Positions 1 through 8,979 of a stretch of 64,000 nucleotides of DNA are shown piece after piece. The notes under the pieces were generated by a model. That model saw only the letters and a program-made list of their open reading frames with translations. It was not told the origin of the DNA and ran no database searches. The translations under genes and the position numbers were made by a program. Numbering within the stretch: the stretch's first letter is position 1; each line of letters starts with the position of its first letter. Origin of the DNA: Candidatus Lambdaproteobacteria bacterium RIFOXYD2_FULL_56_26 (GTDB taxonomy: Bacteria > SAR324 > XYD2-FULL-50-16); assembly GCA_001783715.1 (NCBI GenBank), contig MFNF01000001.1:58393-122392 (forward strand), read 5' to 3'.

Positions 1-1
1 G

Positions 2-271
2 ATCCCCCTGTGCCATCCTCTGGGGCTCGACCAAGTGGAGATCGAGATTTGGTTGGATGTCCCGGAGGGCCGGGTGTACTTCGAGGCCACCGCCAAGTGC
101 GAGGGCAAGACCGGGGTGGAGATGGAAGCCCTGACCGCCCTGTCGGTCGCCGCCCTGACGGTTTACGACATGTGCAAGGCGGTGGACAAGGGCATGGTAA
201 TCGAACGGATTGGGCTGGCCCTCAAGGAAGGCGGAAAGTCCGGGCGGTTTGAAAACCCGGATTTTCTCTAA
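2..271 (+). CDS. moaC: Cyclic pyranopterin monophosphate synthase MoaC (5'-truncated by window edge)
   Basis: Frame 2 reads IPLCHP...[10 protein letters not shown]...[11 protein letters not shown]...KEGGKSG, the MoaC signature motifs. Confidence 0.95.
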   Translation: MPLCHPLGLDQVEIEIWLDVPEGRVYFEATAKCEGKTGVEMEALTALSVAALTVYDMCKAVDKGMVIERIGLALKEGGKSGRFENPDFL

Positions 272-293
272 AGTCCCACCTCCTAACATTCCC

Positions 294-1571
294 CTAGAAG
301 GTCCATCCCGCCTCAACACCGCTGAGCCAGTTGAAGGGATTTTGGTCCCGGACATAGCCCAGAGAGGACTTGAGGCTGACCATCAGGCTGCCGGTACTGG
401 CGGCCAGATAATAACCCCGGTCGCTTTGCCAACGGTAGCCGACCATCGCTTTGGCAACCGTATGGACCTCCTTGTGCTCGCTGGTGCCGCCCAAAAGTTC
501 CAGGTAAAATTGGGACTGTTGGCTTTGGTTGTAGATCAGGAGCGGACCAGCGGCAATATAGGCCCCAGTGATCTGGAGGTTGGGCCGGTCCTTCGCCAAA
601 GCCAGACTGGAATTGATCCACCCCAGTTCGGCCCCCATTCCCCATTCAAAACTTTCTCTTTGCGTGCCCATGGCAAAGTGCACCGAACTCAACCCGCCCC
701 ATTCCTTGGAGTTTTGGAAACCATAAACCCCCAGACCCAAGCTGGTCCACCTGCGTTTGGAGGCTCCACGGCCAAACCAAAAACGGTATGCCGAATCCCG
801 GCCAAGCCAATAGCGTGAGGAAAATATTCCGGATTTCTTTTTGGTGCCGGTTGGCTCCATTTCTTTGATGGGCACGTCTCCCTCGATTTCAGGGCGGTTG
901 GAAGGCAACGTTGCTTCAGGTTTGGCATCGGCAGGTCTGCTGCCTTCCTTGAGGGCGAGCTGGTCTTCTTGGCTTTGGCGATACAAATACCGGACAGCAT
1001 AAAAGATCAGCACAATCACGATCACCAACCCAAGGATCACTAGAAGGCCAGCCATTCCGTCTCCCCCTCCCTTTCCGCCGCCTCCACCAAGCCCTCTGCC
1101 CACCGAGTCCCCGATCCCTCTGCCCACCCCCTCCCTGACCGCTCGCCCTAGTTGACCGGAAACCTGTGAGCCATCTTCGTTGTACATTGTTTGGCCCTGT
1201 TCCTGTTGGAAGGAACCAGCAGGGGTGTTGTTAGGTCCAGTCTCTTGGGTTGGGTTTTGAGCGTTTGCAGCATTTGGGTTTGACGGAACCGGAAGGGGCG
1301 AGGGGGTTGCCTCGGCCTGGGCCAAGAGGCGGTCCAATTCTGCCGGGTCGGTGACTTCTATGGTTGTCGCACCCTGTTCCTCCATGGTGCGGCGGAACGC
1401 TTCGCCTTCTTCGGGGCTCATATACAAAACCTGCACCTGTGCCCCGCCGGTGGCTGACTGGAAGCTGGGCGACAAAGGTTCGGGATGGGCGTTGCCGTAC
1501 AACTCCTGACGTTGGAACAAGACCAACAAAAGGATCAGGCAAAGCTTGGTGATCGGGGAATAAGGCTTCAT
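294..1571 (-). CDS. Hypothetical envelope protein: signal peptide, low-complexity region, internal TM helix, C-terminal beta-barrel-like domain (paralog A)
   Basis: Hydrophobic N-terminus, Gly-rich tract then hydrophobic helix (GLLVILGLVIVIVLIFYAV), alternating beta-strand pattern ending AGWTF; paralog of 1638-2600. Confidence 0.7.
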   Translation of the reverse strand: MKPYSPITKLCLILLLVLFQRQELYGNAHPEPLSPSFQSATGGAQVQVLYMSPEEGEAFRRTMEEQGATTIEVTDPAELDRLLAQAEATPSPLPVPSNPNAANAQNPTQETGPNNTPAGSFQQEQGQTMYNEDGSQVSGQLGRAVREGVGRGIGDSVGRGLGGGGGKGGGDGMAGLLVILGLVIVIVLIFYAVRYLYRQSQEDQLALKEGSRPADAKPEATLPSNRPEIEGDVPIKEMEPTGTKKKSGIFSSRYWLGRDSAYRFWFGRGASKRRWTSLGLGVYGFQNSKEWGGLSSVHFAMGTQRESFEWGMGAELGWINSSLALAKDRPNLQITGAYIAAGPLLIYNQSQQSQFYLELLGGTSEHKEVHTVAKAMVGYRWQSDRGYYLAASTGSLMVSLKSSLGYVRDQNPFNWLSGVEAGWTF

Positions 1572-1837
1572 TTCCTTTGGTAGAAAAATTTCAGTTTGAA
1601 AAATATACGTTGGAAAACCACAAACACAAAGAAAAAGTCAAAAGGCCCAACCTGCTTCAATCCCGCTGAGCCAGTTGAAAGGGTTTTGGTCCCTGACGTA
1701 GCCCAAGGAAGACTTGAGGCTGACCATCAGGCTGCCGGTACTGACCGCCAGATAAGCCCCCTGCTCGCTTTGCCAACGGTAGCCGACCATTGCTTTGGCC
1801 ACCGTATGGACCTCCTTGTGCTCGCTGGTGCCGCCCA
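457..1837. repeat. Direct repeat between the two paralogs (37-bp perfect core at 457-493 and 1801-1837 within a longer similar region)
   Basis: accgtatggacctccttgtgctcgctggtgccgccca occurs at both positions. Confidence 0.9.
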
Positions 1838-2600
1838 GAAGTTCCAGGAAAAATCGGGCCTCTTTGGTGTGGTTGTAAACCAACAGCGGCCCGGCGGCGA
1901 TAAAGGAGCCTTGGATGTCCAGGTTGGGCTTGGCTTTTTCCAGGGCCAAACTGGCGTTGATCCGGCCTACCTCGGCCGCAAGCCCCCAGTCGAAGCCCAG
2001 GTCCTTGAATCCCAACGCAAAGCGGACCGATTCCAGCCCGCCCCATTCCTTGCCGTTGGCAAACCCAAACACCCCTACCCCAAAACTGGACCAGCTTTTG
2101 GCCCGCCAGCCGTAGTTGAGGTAACGGTACAGGTAGGTAGCGGCATAAAAGACGAAGGCAAAAACCACGATCAGGCCGATGATCACAAAGATCACCATCG
2201 CTGCATCCCCGTTGTTCCCGCCCCCGCCCCCAAGGTTCAGGTGAAAGTTGAAGTTCGGGCTGTAGGACGGCCACGAGGGGGAGTATTCTTGGGGTGCCGG
2301 TTCGGGGTTGTAGTCTTGGGGCTGCCGGTCCCGGTTGGGGTCTTCCTCCGGTGTCTCTTTGGCCTGAGCCTGGGCATACAACCTTGCCGCCTCCGGTTGT
2401 TCGATGATTTGCACCGAACCTTGGGACTCCAGATTCCGCCGCAACAAGGCCGCCTCTTGGGTGTTCAGGTACAAAGCTTGGGGGGCAAGGGGGTGGACCG
2501 TCAGCAGGTTGGGGTCCACCTTGGCAAACAATTCTTGCCGTTGGAACAAGAGCAACAGGAGGCACAAAAAAACCTTCACCCAAATCGGCCTGGACTTCAT
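1638..2600 (-). CDS. Hypothetical envelope protein, paralog B of 294-1571
   Basis: Same architecture; two 27-aa stretches identical to paralog A; ends AGWAF. Confidence 0.7.
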   Translation of the reverse strand: MKSRPIWVKVFLCLLLLLFQRQELFAKVDPNLLTVHPLAPQALYLNTQEAALLRRNLESQGSVQIIEQPEAARLYAQAQAKETPEEDPNRDRQPQDYNPEPAPQEYSPSWPSYSPNFNFHLNLGGGGGNNGDAAMVIFVIIGLIVVFAFVFYAATYLYRYLNYGWRAKSWSSFGVGVFGFANGKEWGGLESVRFALGFKDLGFDWGLAAEVGRINASLALEKAKPNLDIQGSFIAAGPLLVYNHTKEARFFLELLGGTSEHKEVHTVAKAMVGYRWQSEQGAYLAVSTGSLMVSLKSSLGYVRDQNPFNWLSGIEAGWAF

Positions 2601-2629
2601 AAAACCTCAAAAGAAAAGGGATGTTTTCA

Positions 2630-3892
2630 TCAACGTTCCAACAATTCGGGGAACAACAGGTCCAAAGTGGTGCCCTTGCCCAATTGGGAGGAGACCTCAA
2701 TGGCCCCTCCGTGGCTGGCCATGGTTTTGTGGACGATCGACATGCCCAGGCCGGTGCCCTGCTCCCGGGTGGTAAAAAAGGGGTCGAACAACCGCCGTTT
2801 GGTTTCGGCGGTCATGCCTTTGCCGGAGTCGGCAAAACGGACCCGGACCACCCGCAGTTTCTCCCGGTCCCCCTTGAGTTGTTTGGGGAACTTTTCGAGC
2901 ATCACCGGGTCCGACTCCAGGTAGGCCTTGGCTTCGATCTTCAATTCCCCCCCTTCTTCCATTGCTTGGCAAGCGTTCATAAAAAGATTGAGGAAAACCT
3001 GTTTGATCAACTGGGGATTGCCTTTGATCCACAGTTCCCCTTTGGGCCGTTTGTACTTGAGTTCCACCCCTTGTTGGTCGGCGGTGTGCTGGGAGAAGCC
3101 GACAAAGTCGCTGAGCAAAGGGACCAAGTTGAAGGCTTCCAGCTGGATCGGCTTGGGGCGGCTGTATTCCAGCAGGTTGGAGATGATGTGGTTGATGCTG
3201 TGCAACGCCGAAGTGATGTGGTTGAGCAACTCCATCTCGGCGGATTCGGCGGTGACATCCTTTTTCATCATTGAGACAAACAGCTCAATGGAGCCCAAGG
3301 GGTTTCGTACCTCATGGGCCACCTGCATGGCAATCTCCCCCATGGCGGCCAGTCGGTTCTTGCGCTCCGCCTCATCCTGCAACCGTTTGAGCAGGGTGAT
3401 GTCGTTGAGGTTTAAGATGATCCCTTGGCGGGTGCTGGTTTCCGACTCGATCAAGCTGGTGGAAACCGCCAAGAGAATCTTGGCTCCATCGGCCCTCAGG
3501 TAGGAACATTCCTGGGTGTCCCGGGTGGCCAAGGCCTCCACTGCCGCCTCGTCCAGCGGGCTGGGCAGGAGGCAGAGGCCGAGCAGCCGGTTGATCTCTT
3601 GGCCCACCGCCTCTTCCGCCCCGATCCCGGTGATTGCCACCGCCGCCCGGTTGAAGCTTTTGATCCGCCCCGCCAGATCGGTGACCACCAAACCGCTTTG
3701 CAGGCTTTGCAAGACGTTGCCCAGCTCCTGGTTTTTGGCCTGCAACTCGTTGTTGAGGGTATCTACCTGTTCTTGCAGTCGGGCTTGGTAGGTCCTGAGT
3801 TTTTCAATGGACCGGTTGAAGGTCTCGAAGGCCTCGCTCAGGAGCTGCTTTTCCGCCAAGTTGAGGGTGGAAAGGTCTAGTTTTTTGTCCAT
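2630..3892 (-). CDS. Cytoplasmic PAS-domain sensor histidine kinase (FleS/FlrB/NtrB-like)
   Basis: Coiled coil, PAS, H-box AHEVRNPL, N-box NLFMNACQA, DSGKG, FDPFFTT, GTGLG; no TM segment. Confidence 0.9.
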   Translation of the reverse strand: MDKKLDLSTLNLAEKQLLSEAFETFNRSIEKLRTYQARLQEQVDTLNNELQAKNQELGNVLQSLQSGLVVTDLAGRIKSFNRAAVAITGIGAEEAVGQEINRLLGLCLLPSPLDEAAVEALATRDTQECSYLRADGAKILLAVSTSLIESETSTRQGIILNLNDITLLKRLQDEAERKNRLAAMGEIAMQVAHEVRNPLGSIELFVSMMKKDVTAESAEMELLNHITSALHSINHIISNLLEYSRPKPIQLEAFNLVPLLSDFVGFSQHTADQQGVELKYKRPKGELWIKGNPQLIKQVFLNLFMNACQAMEEGGELKIEAKAYLESDPVMLEKFPKQLKGDREKLRVVRVRFADSGKGMTAETKRRLFDPFFTTREQGTGLGMSIVHKTMASHGGAIEVSSQLGKGTTLDLLFPELLER

Positions 3893-4080
3893 GTTGTTTT
3901 GGTCCTCAGACTGAAACTTTTTCCCGGAAGCGGTGCCCCCAAAAAAGGCCCAATGACCGGCGGAGGCCCGTTTTTGTGGCCAAGACTACGTAAATGGGCA
4001 GTTGCCTTTGAGGGCGCAAAACGTTTAAACTGTGCCGAAACTTTAGAAGAACTCCGTTCACCGTACCGAAGGAACCCCCA

Positions 4081-5286
4081 ATGACTCAACCAAAAATCGA
4101 GATTTACAGCAAGGCCCAATGTCCATACTGCGACCGGGCCAAGGTGCTTTTGACCAACAAAGGGGTGACCTATGAGGAGATCAGGATCGATCTTTTTCCC
4201 GAACGCAAGGAAGAAATGATCAAACGGGCCAACGGGGGGAGGACGGTGCCGCAGATCTTCATTGACGGACAGCACCTGGGTGGCTGTGACGACATTCATG
4301 CCCTGGATGCCCAAGGGAAACTGGACCCTTACCTGAAACAGGAAAAAAAAGCCATGTCCGAAGAACATCATCAGGTGATCATTCTGGGTTCCGGCCCCGC
4401 CGGTTACACCGCTGCCATTTATGCCGCCAGGGCCAACCTGAACCCTTTTGTGCTCTCTGGCCCCCAAAAGGGCGGTCAGTTGACCACCACCACGGAAGTG
4501 GAAAACTTCCCCGGATTTGAGCACGGCATCGACGGGAACCAGTTGATGATGAACATGGAAGCCCAGGCGGCCAGGTTTGAAACCAAAATCGAGTATGGGG
4601 ACGTTCGTTCGGTGGACCTTTCCAAACGGCCCTTCACCTTGGTCACCGACGACAAGACCTACAAGGCGGAGGCCCTGATCGTGGCCACCGGGGCCAGCGC
4701 CAAGTACCTGGGCCTGCCCAGCGAGATCAGCTACAAAAACCACGGGGTTTCCGCTTGCGCCACCTGTGACGGTTTCTTTTACAAAGGCCAAGCGGTAGCG
4801 GTGGTCGGCGGAGGGGATACGGCCCTAGAAGAGGCCAGCTATCTGGCCAACATCTGCTCCAAGGTCTTTTTGATCCACCGCAGGCAGGACTTCCGGGCTT
4901 CGGTAGCGATGCAAACCCGGGCCAAAAACCACCCCAAGATCGAAATGGTCCTTGACAGCGCTGTGGACGAGGTTCTAGGGGACGGCAAGCTGATGACCGA
5001 CCTGAGGGTCAAAAACCTCAAGACCGGTGCCACCAGGAACCTGGGCTGTACCGGCTTGTTTGTGGCCATCGGCCATTCCCCCAACACCGAAGCTTTTAAG
5101 GGGCAGTTGGAATTGGACTCCATGGGCTACATTGTGATCCAAGGCGGGACCTCCAAGACCAACGTGGAAGGGGTTTTTGCCGCCGGGGACGTGGCCGATC
5201 CGCACTACCGCCAAGCGATCACCGCCGCTGGGATGGGATGCCGGGCTGCCATTGATGCCGAACGCTGGCTGGGCGAGCAGGGGTAG
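4081..5286 (+). CDS. trxB: Glutaredoxin-3 / thioredoxin reductase fusion
   Basis: N-terminal CPYC...RTVPQIFI...GGCDD (GrxC) in frame with GSGPAG, SACATCDG, GGGDTA, HRRQDFRAS, FAAGDV (TrxB); internal ATG at 4354. Confidence 0.92.
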   Translation: MTQPKIEIYSKAQCPYCDRAKVLLTNKGVTYEEIRIDLFPERKEEMIKRANGGRTVPQIFIDGQHLGGCDDIHALDAQGKLDPYLKQEKKAMSEEHHQVIILGSGPAGYTAAIYAARANLNPFVLSGPQKGGQLTTTTEVENFPGFEHGIDGNQLMMNMEAQAARFETKIEYGDVRSVDLSKRPFTLVTDDKTYKAEALIVATGASAKYLGLPSEISYKNHGVSACATCDGFFYKGQAVAVVGGGDTALEEASYLANICSKVFLIHRRQDFRASVAMQTRAKNHPKIEMVLDSAVDEVLGDGKLMTDLRVKNLKTGATRNLGCTGLFVAIGHSPNTEAFKGQLELDSMGYIVIQGGTSKTNVEGVFAAGDVADPHYRQAITAAGMGCRAAIDAERWLGEQG

Positions 5287-5294
5287 GCACAAAA

Positions 5295-5340
5295 CCCTTT
5301 GCCTGGGGGAATCCTCCGGGCAAAGGGGGCCTTTTTTCTT
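5295..5340 (+). terminator. Intrinsic terminator after trxB
   Basis: Stem ccctttgcctggggg / cctccgggcaaaggg followed by a T-rich tract. Confidence 0.7.
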
Positions 5341-5514
5341 GGCCTGAGCTTTGCACCTCCTATTCCTTGGAGGCAGCTGCTTTTGGCCAAACCCCATGGA
5401 CAAGACCGCCCCTTCGGGCCTGCCCCGGCCCCCAAAAGCCGAGCGCCCTCTTTGGGCACAGACCTCGCCCAGCCTTCCCCTTCTTCAGAGTCCCGGCAAA
5501 AAAAATCCCAGTAT

Positions 5515-5530
5515 TGGCCCTTTCTTTGCA
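5515..5530 (+). promoter_or_regulatory. Sigma54 (-24/-12) promoter of the flgB operon
   Basis: tGGccctttctttGCa: GG-N10-GC with TGGC and TTGC contexts, ~57 nt upstream of the flgB ATG. Confidence 0.7.
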
Positions 5531-5586
5531 TTTCCAATAGTGAAACTCTCCTTGGGCTCACGCCGGGAGAAGAACAAAGGAAAGCG

Positions 5587-6006
5587 ATGAGCATCAACCT
5601 ATTTGACAAGCACTTGACCCTTTTGGAGCGTTCCATCGACCTGCGGGTCAAACGGAACGACCTGCTTGCTTCAAACGTGGCCAACCAAGAAACCCCAGGC
5701 TATCGGGCCCAGGACCTAGTCTTTGAAAAACAATTGGACAAGGCCTTGTACTCCGATGAACCAGGCCCGCTCAAGACCACCGACCCCAGACACTTTGACG
5801 GGATGCAACGAGAGCCGTTGGAAACGGTGGAAGGGGACCGGATCAACAGTTTTAATCCCGATCCAAGGATGGATGGGAACACGGTCAACTTGGACAACGA
5901 AATGGCGAAATTGGCAGAGAACCAATTGATGTTCCAAGCGATGACCAAGGCGATCAATTGGAAATTTCGGATGCTCAAGAGCGCCATCACGGACGGAGGT
6001 AGATAA
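5587..6006 (+). CDS. flgB: Flagellar basal-body rod protein FlgB
   Basis: ASNVANQETPGY and DGNTVNLDNEM motifs; start placed at ATG 5587 after aagga. Confidence 0.95.
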   Translation: MSINLFDKHLTLLERSIDLRVKRNDLLASNVANQETPGYRAQDLVFEKQLDKALYSDEPGPLKTTDPRHFDGMQREPLETVEGDRINSFNPDPRMDGNTVNLDNEMAKLAENQLMFQAMTKAINWKFRMLKSAITDGGR

Positions 6007-6452
6007 TGAGCTTATTTGACGCAATGGAGATCAGTTCCTCGGGGTTGTCGGCACAGCGGACCCGGATGAAGGTGATTTCTTCAAACATCGCCAACGTCAA
6101 CACGACCCGGACCCCAGGGGGCGGACCTTACCGCCGCAAAGAGGTGATCTTTGGGGCCTTGCCCCAGGCCAAAAGCTTCATGGAGGAGCTGCGGACCCAA
6201 GAGAAGGACCAAGGGGCTAGGGAAGTCAAGGTTTTGGGGGTAGTGGAGGATTCCAGGCCGCCCAAGATGAAGTACGACCCCAGCCACCCCGATGCCAACG
6301 AAGAAGGCTACGTTGCCTTGCCCAACGTGGACATCGTTGAGGAAATGACCAACCTGATGGTCTCCAAACGGAGCTATGAAGCCAACTTGGCCGCCATCAA
6401 CGCCACCAAGAACTTGATTGCCAAGTCCTTGGAAATCGGCGGACGAGCGTAA
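6006..6452 (+). CDS. flgC: Flagellar basal-body rod protein FlgC
   Basis: ISSSGLSAQR...NIAN, YDPSHPDA, PNVDIVEEM, RSYEAN. Confidence 0.97.
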   Translation: MSLFDAMEISSSGLSAQRTRMKVISSNIANVNTTRTPGGGPYRRKEVIFGALPQAKSFMEELRTQEKDQGAREVKVLGVVEDSRPPKMKYDPSHPDANEEGYVALPNVDIVEEMTNLMVSKRSYEANLAAINATKNLIAKSLEIGGRA

Positions 6453-6468
6453 AGTTTAGGGGGAGGTG

Positions 6469-6783
6469 ATGAGCGAAATCAATAAAATCAGCCCGGTTGG
6501 TCTGGAGCCCACCAAGGTCCAAGGAGGACCTAAAAAGCCCCAACCGGAAGAACCGAAGTTCCAGGAGTTCCTCAAAAGTGCGGAGGTTTTTTCCCAGGAA
6601 GTGGAGCAGTTGATCAAGGCCGCCGAAGAAGGAACGGTCAACGCCAAGGTCAACACGGTGGGCAAAACCATCGACAGCTTGGGGGAGCTGGTCAGCCACC
6701 TGAACCCCGACAAGCCCCACGGGCCAACGGCAAAACAGGCCTTGGAACGGTACGAAAAACAAGACCCGAAACATAAAGTGTAA
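6469..6783 (+). CDS. Hypothetical protein within the flagellar operon
   Basis: Strong RBS (ggagg), co-oriented between flgC and fliE; helical, no recognised family. Confidence 0.7.
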   Translation: MSEINKISPVGLEPTKVQGGPKKPQPEEPKFQEFLKSAEVFSQEVEQLIKAAEEGTVNAKVNTVGKTIDSLGELVSHLNPDKPHGPTAKQALERYEKQDPKHKV

Positions 6784-6812
6784 CCTCCGGCAAAAATTAC
6801 CAAGGTAGCCCT

Positions 6813-7091
6813 ATGATCCGCCAAATCAGCCCGATCCACCAAAACCCGGTCACCACCAAGACCTCGGCCTCCAAAAACGTGGTGGAAGGGTTCAAACAGA
6901 TGTTTGACCAAGTCAACCAGGACCAACTCCAGGCCGACACCAAGGTGGCGGACTTGGCGACCGGCCGGAGCAAGGACGTTCCAGGCACCATGATCGCCTT
7001 GGAAAAAGCGGAAACCTCGATGAAGCTGCTGGTGGCGGTCAGGAACAAGATCGTGACCACCTACGAAGAGATGATGCGGATGCAGGTGTAA
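6813..7091 (+). CDS. fliE: Flagellar hook-basal body protein FliE
   Basis: C-terminal MIALEKAETSMKLLVAVRNKIVTTYEEMMRMQV. Confidence 0.95.
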   Translation: MIRQISPIHQNPVTTKTSASKNVVEGFKQMFDQVNQDQLQADTKVADLATGRSKDVPGTMIALEKAETSMKLLVAVRNKIVTTYEEMMRMQV

Positions 7092-7107
7092 ATTTTTTTT
7101 AAGTCCT

Positions 7108-7123
7108 TGGCCTTGGTTTTGCA
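7108..7123 (+). promoter_or_regulatory. Sigma54 (-24/-12) promoter upstream of fliF
   Basis: tGGccttggttttGCa: GG-N10-GC. Confidence 0.65.
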
Positions 7124-7134
7124 AAAACCCAGGA

Positions 7135-7344
7135 AAAAGGCAGACTTAAAAGCCGGGGGTGACCCCAGCGGAATCAAAGGTGGCGGCCCTAGGCCGCACC
7201 GATTGGCAAGGATGCCGGTAGATTCCAAAGACCAGACGGAAAAACCGTCCCACCAGACCCGAAGGGATGCGGGCAGAAAATTCGTTGCGAAAACGCCGGG
7301 ATTCAGCAAAGATTCCGGTAAACCCTATTTCTGCATAGCCCGAC
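7135..7344 (+). ncRNA. Candidate structured 5' leader or cis-regulatory RNA of fliF
   Basis: Multiple nested stems and GGA-containing loops (see findings); no recognised RNA family. Confidence 0.4.
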
Positions 7345-8976
7345 ATGGCCGAACAATCCGTAGGACTGGTTGAGGATTTTCAATCCCAGTTTCAAAATTT
7401 CTTCTCCGGCCTGACCACTGGCAAGAAGATTTTCCTCTTTTCCAGCCTAGGCGGTATTGTCTTAGGGCTGATCGTTTTTGTCTTCTTCACCCAACAAGTC
7501 ACCTGGGCACCCCTGGCCACCGGCCTCAAACAGGACGATGCCTCCAAGATCGTGGCCAAGCTGGACGAGCTGAACATCCAGTACGTCTTGCAGCCCGGCG
7601 GGGGTGGGATCATGGTTCCGGTGGACCAGGTGGACAAGGTCAGGCTCCAGATTGCTTCCTCGGGGTTGCAACTGGGCGGTTTGGTCGGCTTTGAGTTGTT
7701 CGACAAAAACAACTTCGGGGCCACCGAATTCCAGCAACAGGTTCAGTACAAACGGGCCTTGGAAGGAGAGCTGGCCCGATTGATCACCCAAATCGACATC
7801 ATCGAGTCCGCCAAGGTTTCGGTGGCCCTGCCCGAAAAAAGCCTGTTCATCGATGACGAGGTCAAGACCACCGCCAGCGTAGTGGTGGACATGGCCGGCA
7901 GCAACAAGCTGAACCAAAAGGGCGTGAACACCATCGTCAACTTGGTTTCCGGGGCGGTCCCCGGCTTGCAGGCCGAAGACGTGCGGGTTTCGGACTCTTC
8001 GGGCAACCTGCTCTCCAAGGGCCTTTCGGACCAGGACGGCTCCGAATCTCGGGACAAGAACTACGCCTACCTGCAACTGGTGGAACAACGGGTGGAAGCC
8101 AAGTTGTTGAGCCAATTGGAAAAGGTGACCGGCAAGGACCGGGTTGAGGTACGGGTGTCCTTGGACATGGACTTCAACATCTCCGAAACCACCGAAGACT
8201 TGGTGGACCCGGACTTGAGCGCTGTGGTCAGCGAAGAATCCACCTCCGAAAAGGCGACCGGCAGCCGCTCCATCCCCGTAGGGGTCCCTGGGGTAACCTC
8301 CAACAGCCCCGAGGTGCGGGCGGGGGCCTCGGAAATCGCCAACGTTTCGGATGTGGACAAAAAGGTCAAACGGACCAACTACGCCAACTCCAAGCGCCAT
8401 GTGATCAGCAAAAAATCCCCCGGTGGGATCAAACGGATGAGCGTGGCGGTATTGCTGGACGGCAAGTACGAATATGTCCGGGATGATGCCGGAGAGATTG
8501 TAGGTTCGCCGGTGTACAAACCCTGGTCCCCCTCGGACATCCAGATCATTGAATCGGTAGCCAAACAAAGCGTCGGCTTTAGCGCCGAACGGGGCGACAC
8601 CATTACGGTACAAAACATCCGGTTTACCAAACCTTTGGTGGAACAAGAACGGCTCAAACAAGAGCGCAGTCAGGCCACCCGCCGGTTCATCATCGATCTG
8701 GTGCGGTACGTGTTGGTTGGTTTGATCGTGATTGTGCTGGTCTTTATGGTGATCCGGCCAATGGTGATGAAGCTTTCCGCCAAACCCGAAGACCTCGACC
8801 TCCTCATGGGTCTGCCGACCACCATCGGCGAGCTGGAAGGCGAAGAGCTGGAGATCCCGACCGAAAAGGAAACCGGGATTCCGCCTCGAGACAAGATCAT
8901 CGAGATCGCCAAGCAAGACCCGCTCAAGACTGCTTCCTTGGTGCGTACTTGGCTTAAGGAGAAAAAAGGTCCCTAA
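7345..8976 (+). CDS. fliF: Flagellar M-ring protein FliF
   Basis: Two TM helices, GFELFD, RALEGELAR, ASVVV, C-terminal LVRTWL. Confidence 0.97.
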   Translation: MAEQSVGLVEDFQSQFQNFFSGLTTGKKIFLFSSLGGIVLGLIVFVFFTQQVTWAPLATGLKQDDASKIVAKLDELNIQYVLQPGGGGIMVPVDQVDKVRLQIASSGLQLGGLVGFELFDKNNFGATEFQQQVQYKRALEGELARLITQIDIIESAKVSVALPEKSLFIDDEVKTTASVVVDMAGSNKLNQKGVNTIVNLVSGAVPGLQAEDVRVSDSSGNLLSKGLSDQDGSESRDKNYAYLQLVEQRVEAKLLSQLEKVTGKDRVEVRVSLDMDFNISETTEDLVDPDLSAVVSEESTSEKATGSRSIPVGVPGVTSNSPEVRAGASEIANVSDVDKKVKRTNYANSKRHVISKKSPGGIKRMSVAVLLDGKYEYVRDDAGEIVGSPVYKPWSPSDIQIIESVAKQSVGFSAERGDTITVQNIRFTKPLVEQERLKQERSQATRRFIIDLVRYVLVGLIVIVLVFMVIRPMVMKLSAKPEDLDLLMGLPTTIGELEGEELEIPTEKETGIPPRDKIIEIAKQDPLKTASLVRTWLKEKKGP

Positions 8977-8979
8977 CCG

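Noticed and set aside
294-2600. Repeat pair as a diversity-generating retroelement TR/VR
   Set aside because: Both copies are coding, differences are mostly synonymous and not adenine-specific, and there is no reverse transcriptase in the window
7135-7344. c-di-GMP-I riboswitch upstream of fliF
   Set aside because: The GGCAAA...GAAA...GACGCAAAGC consensus could not be matched by eye; kept only as an unclassified structured leader
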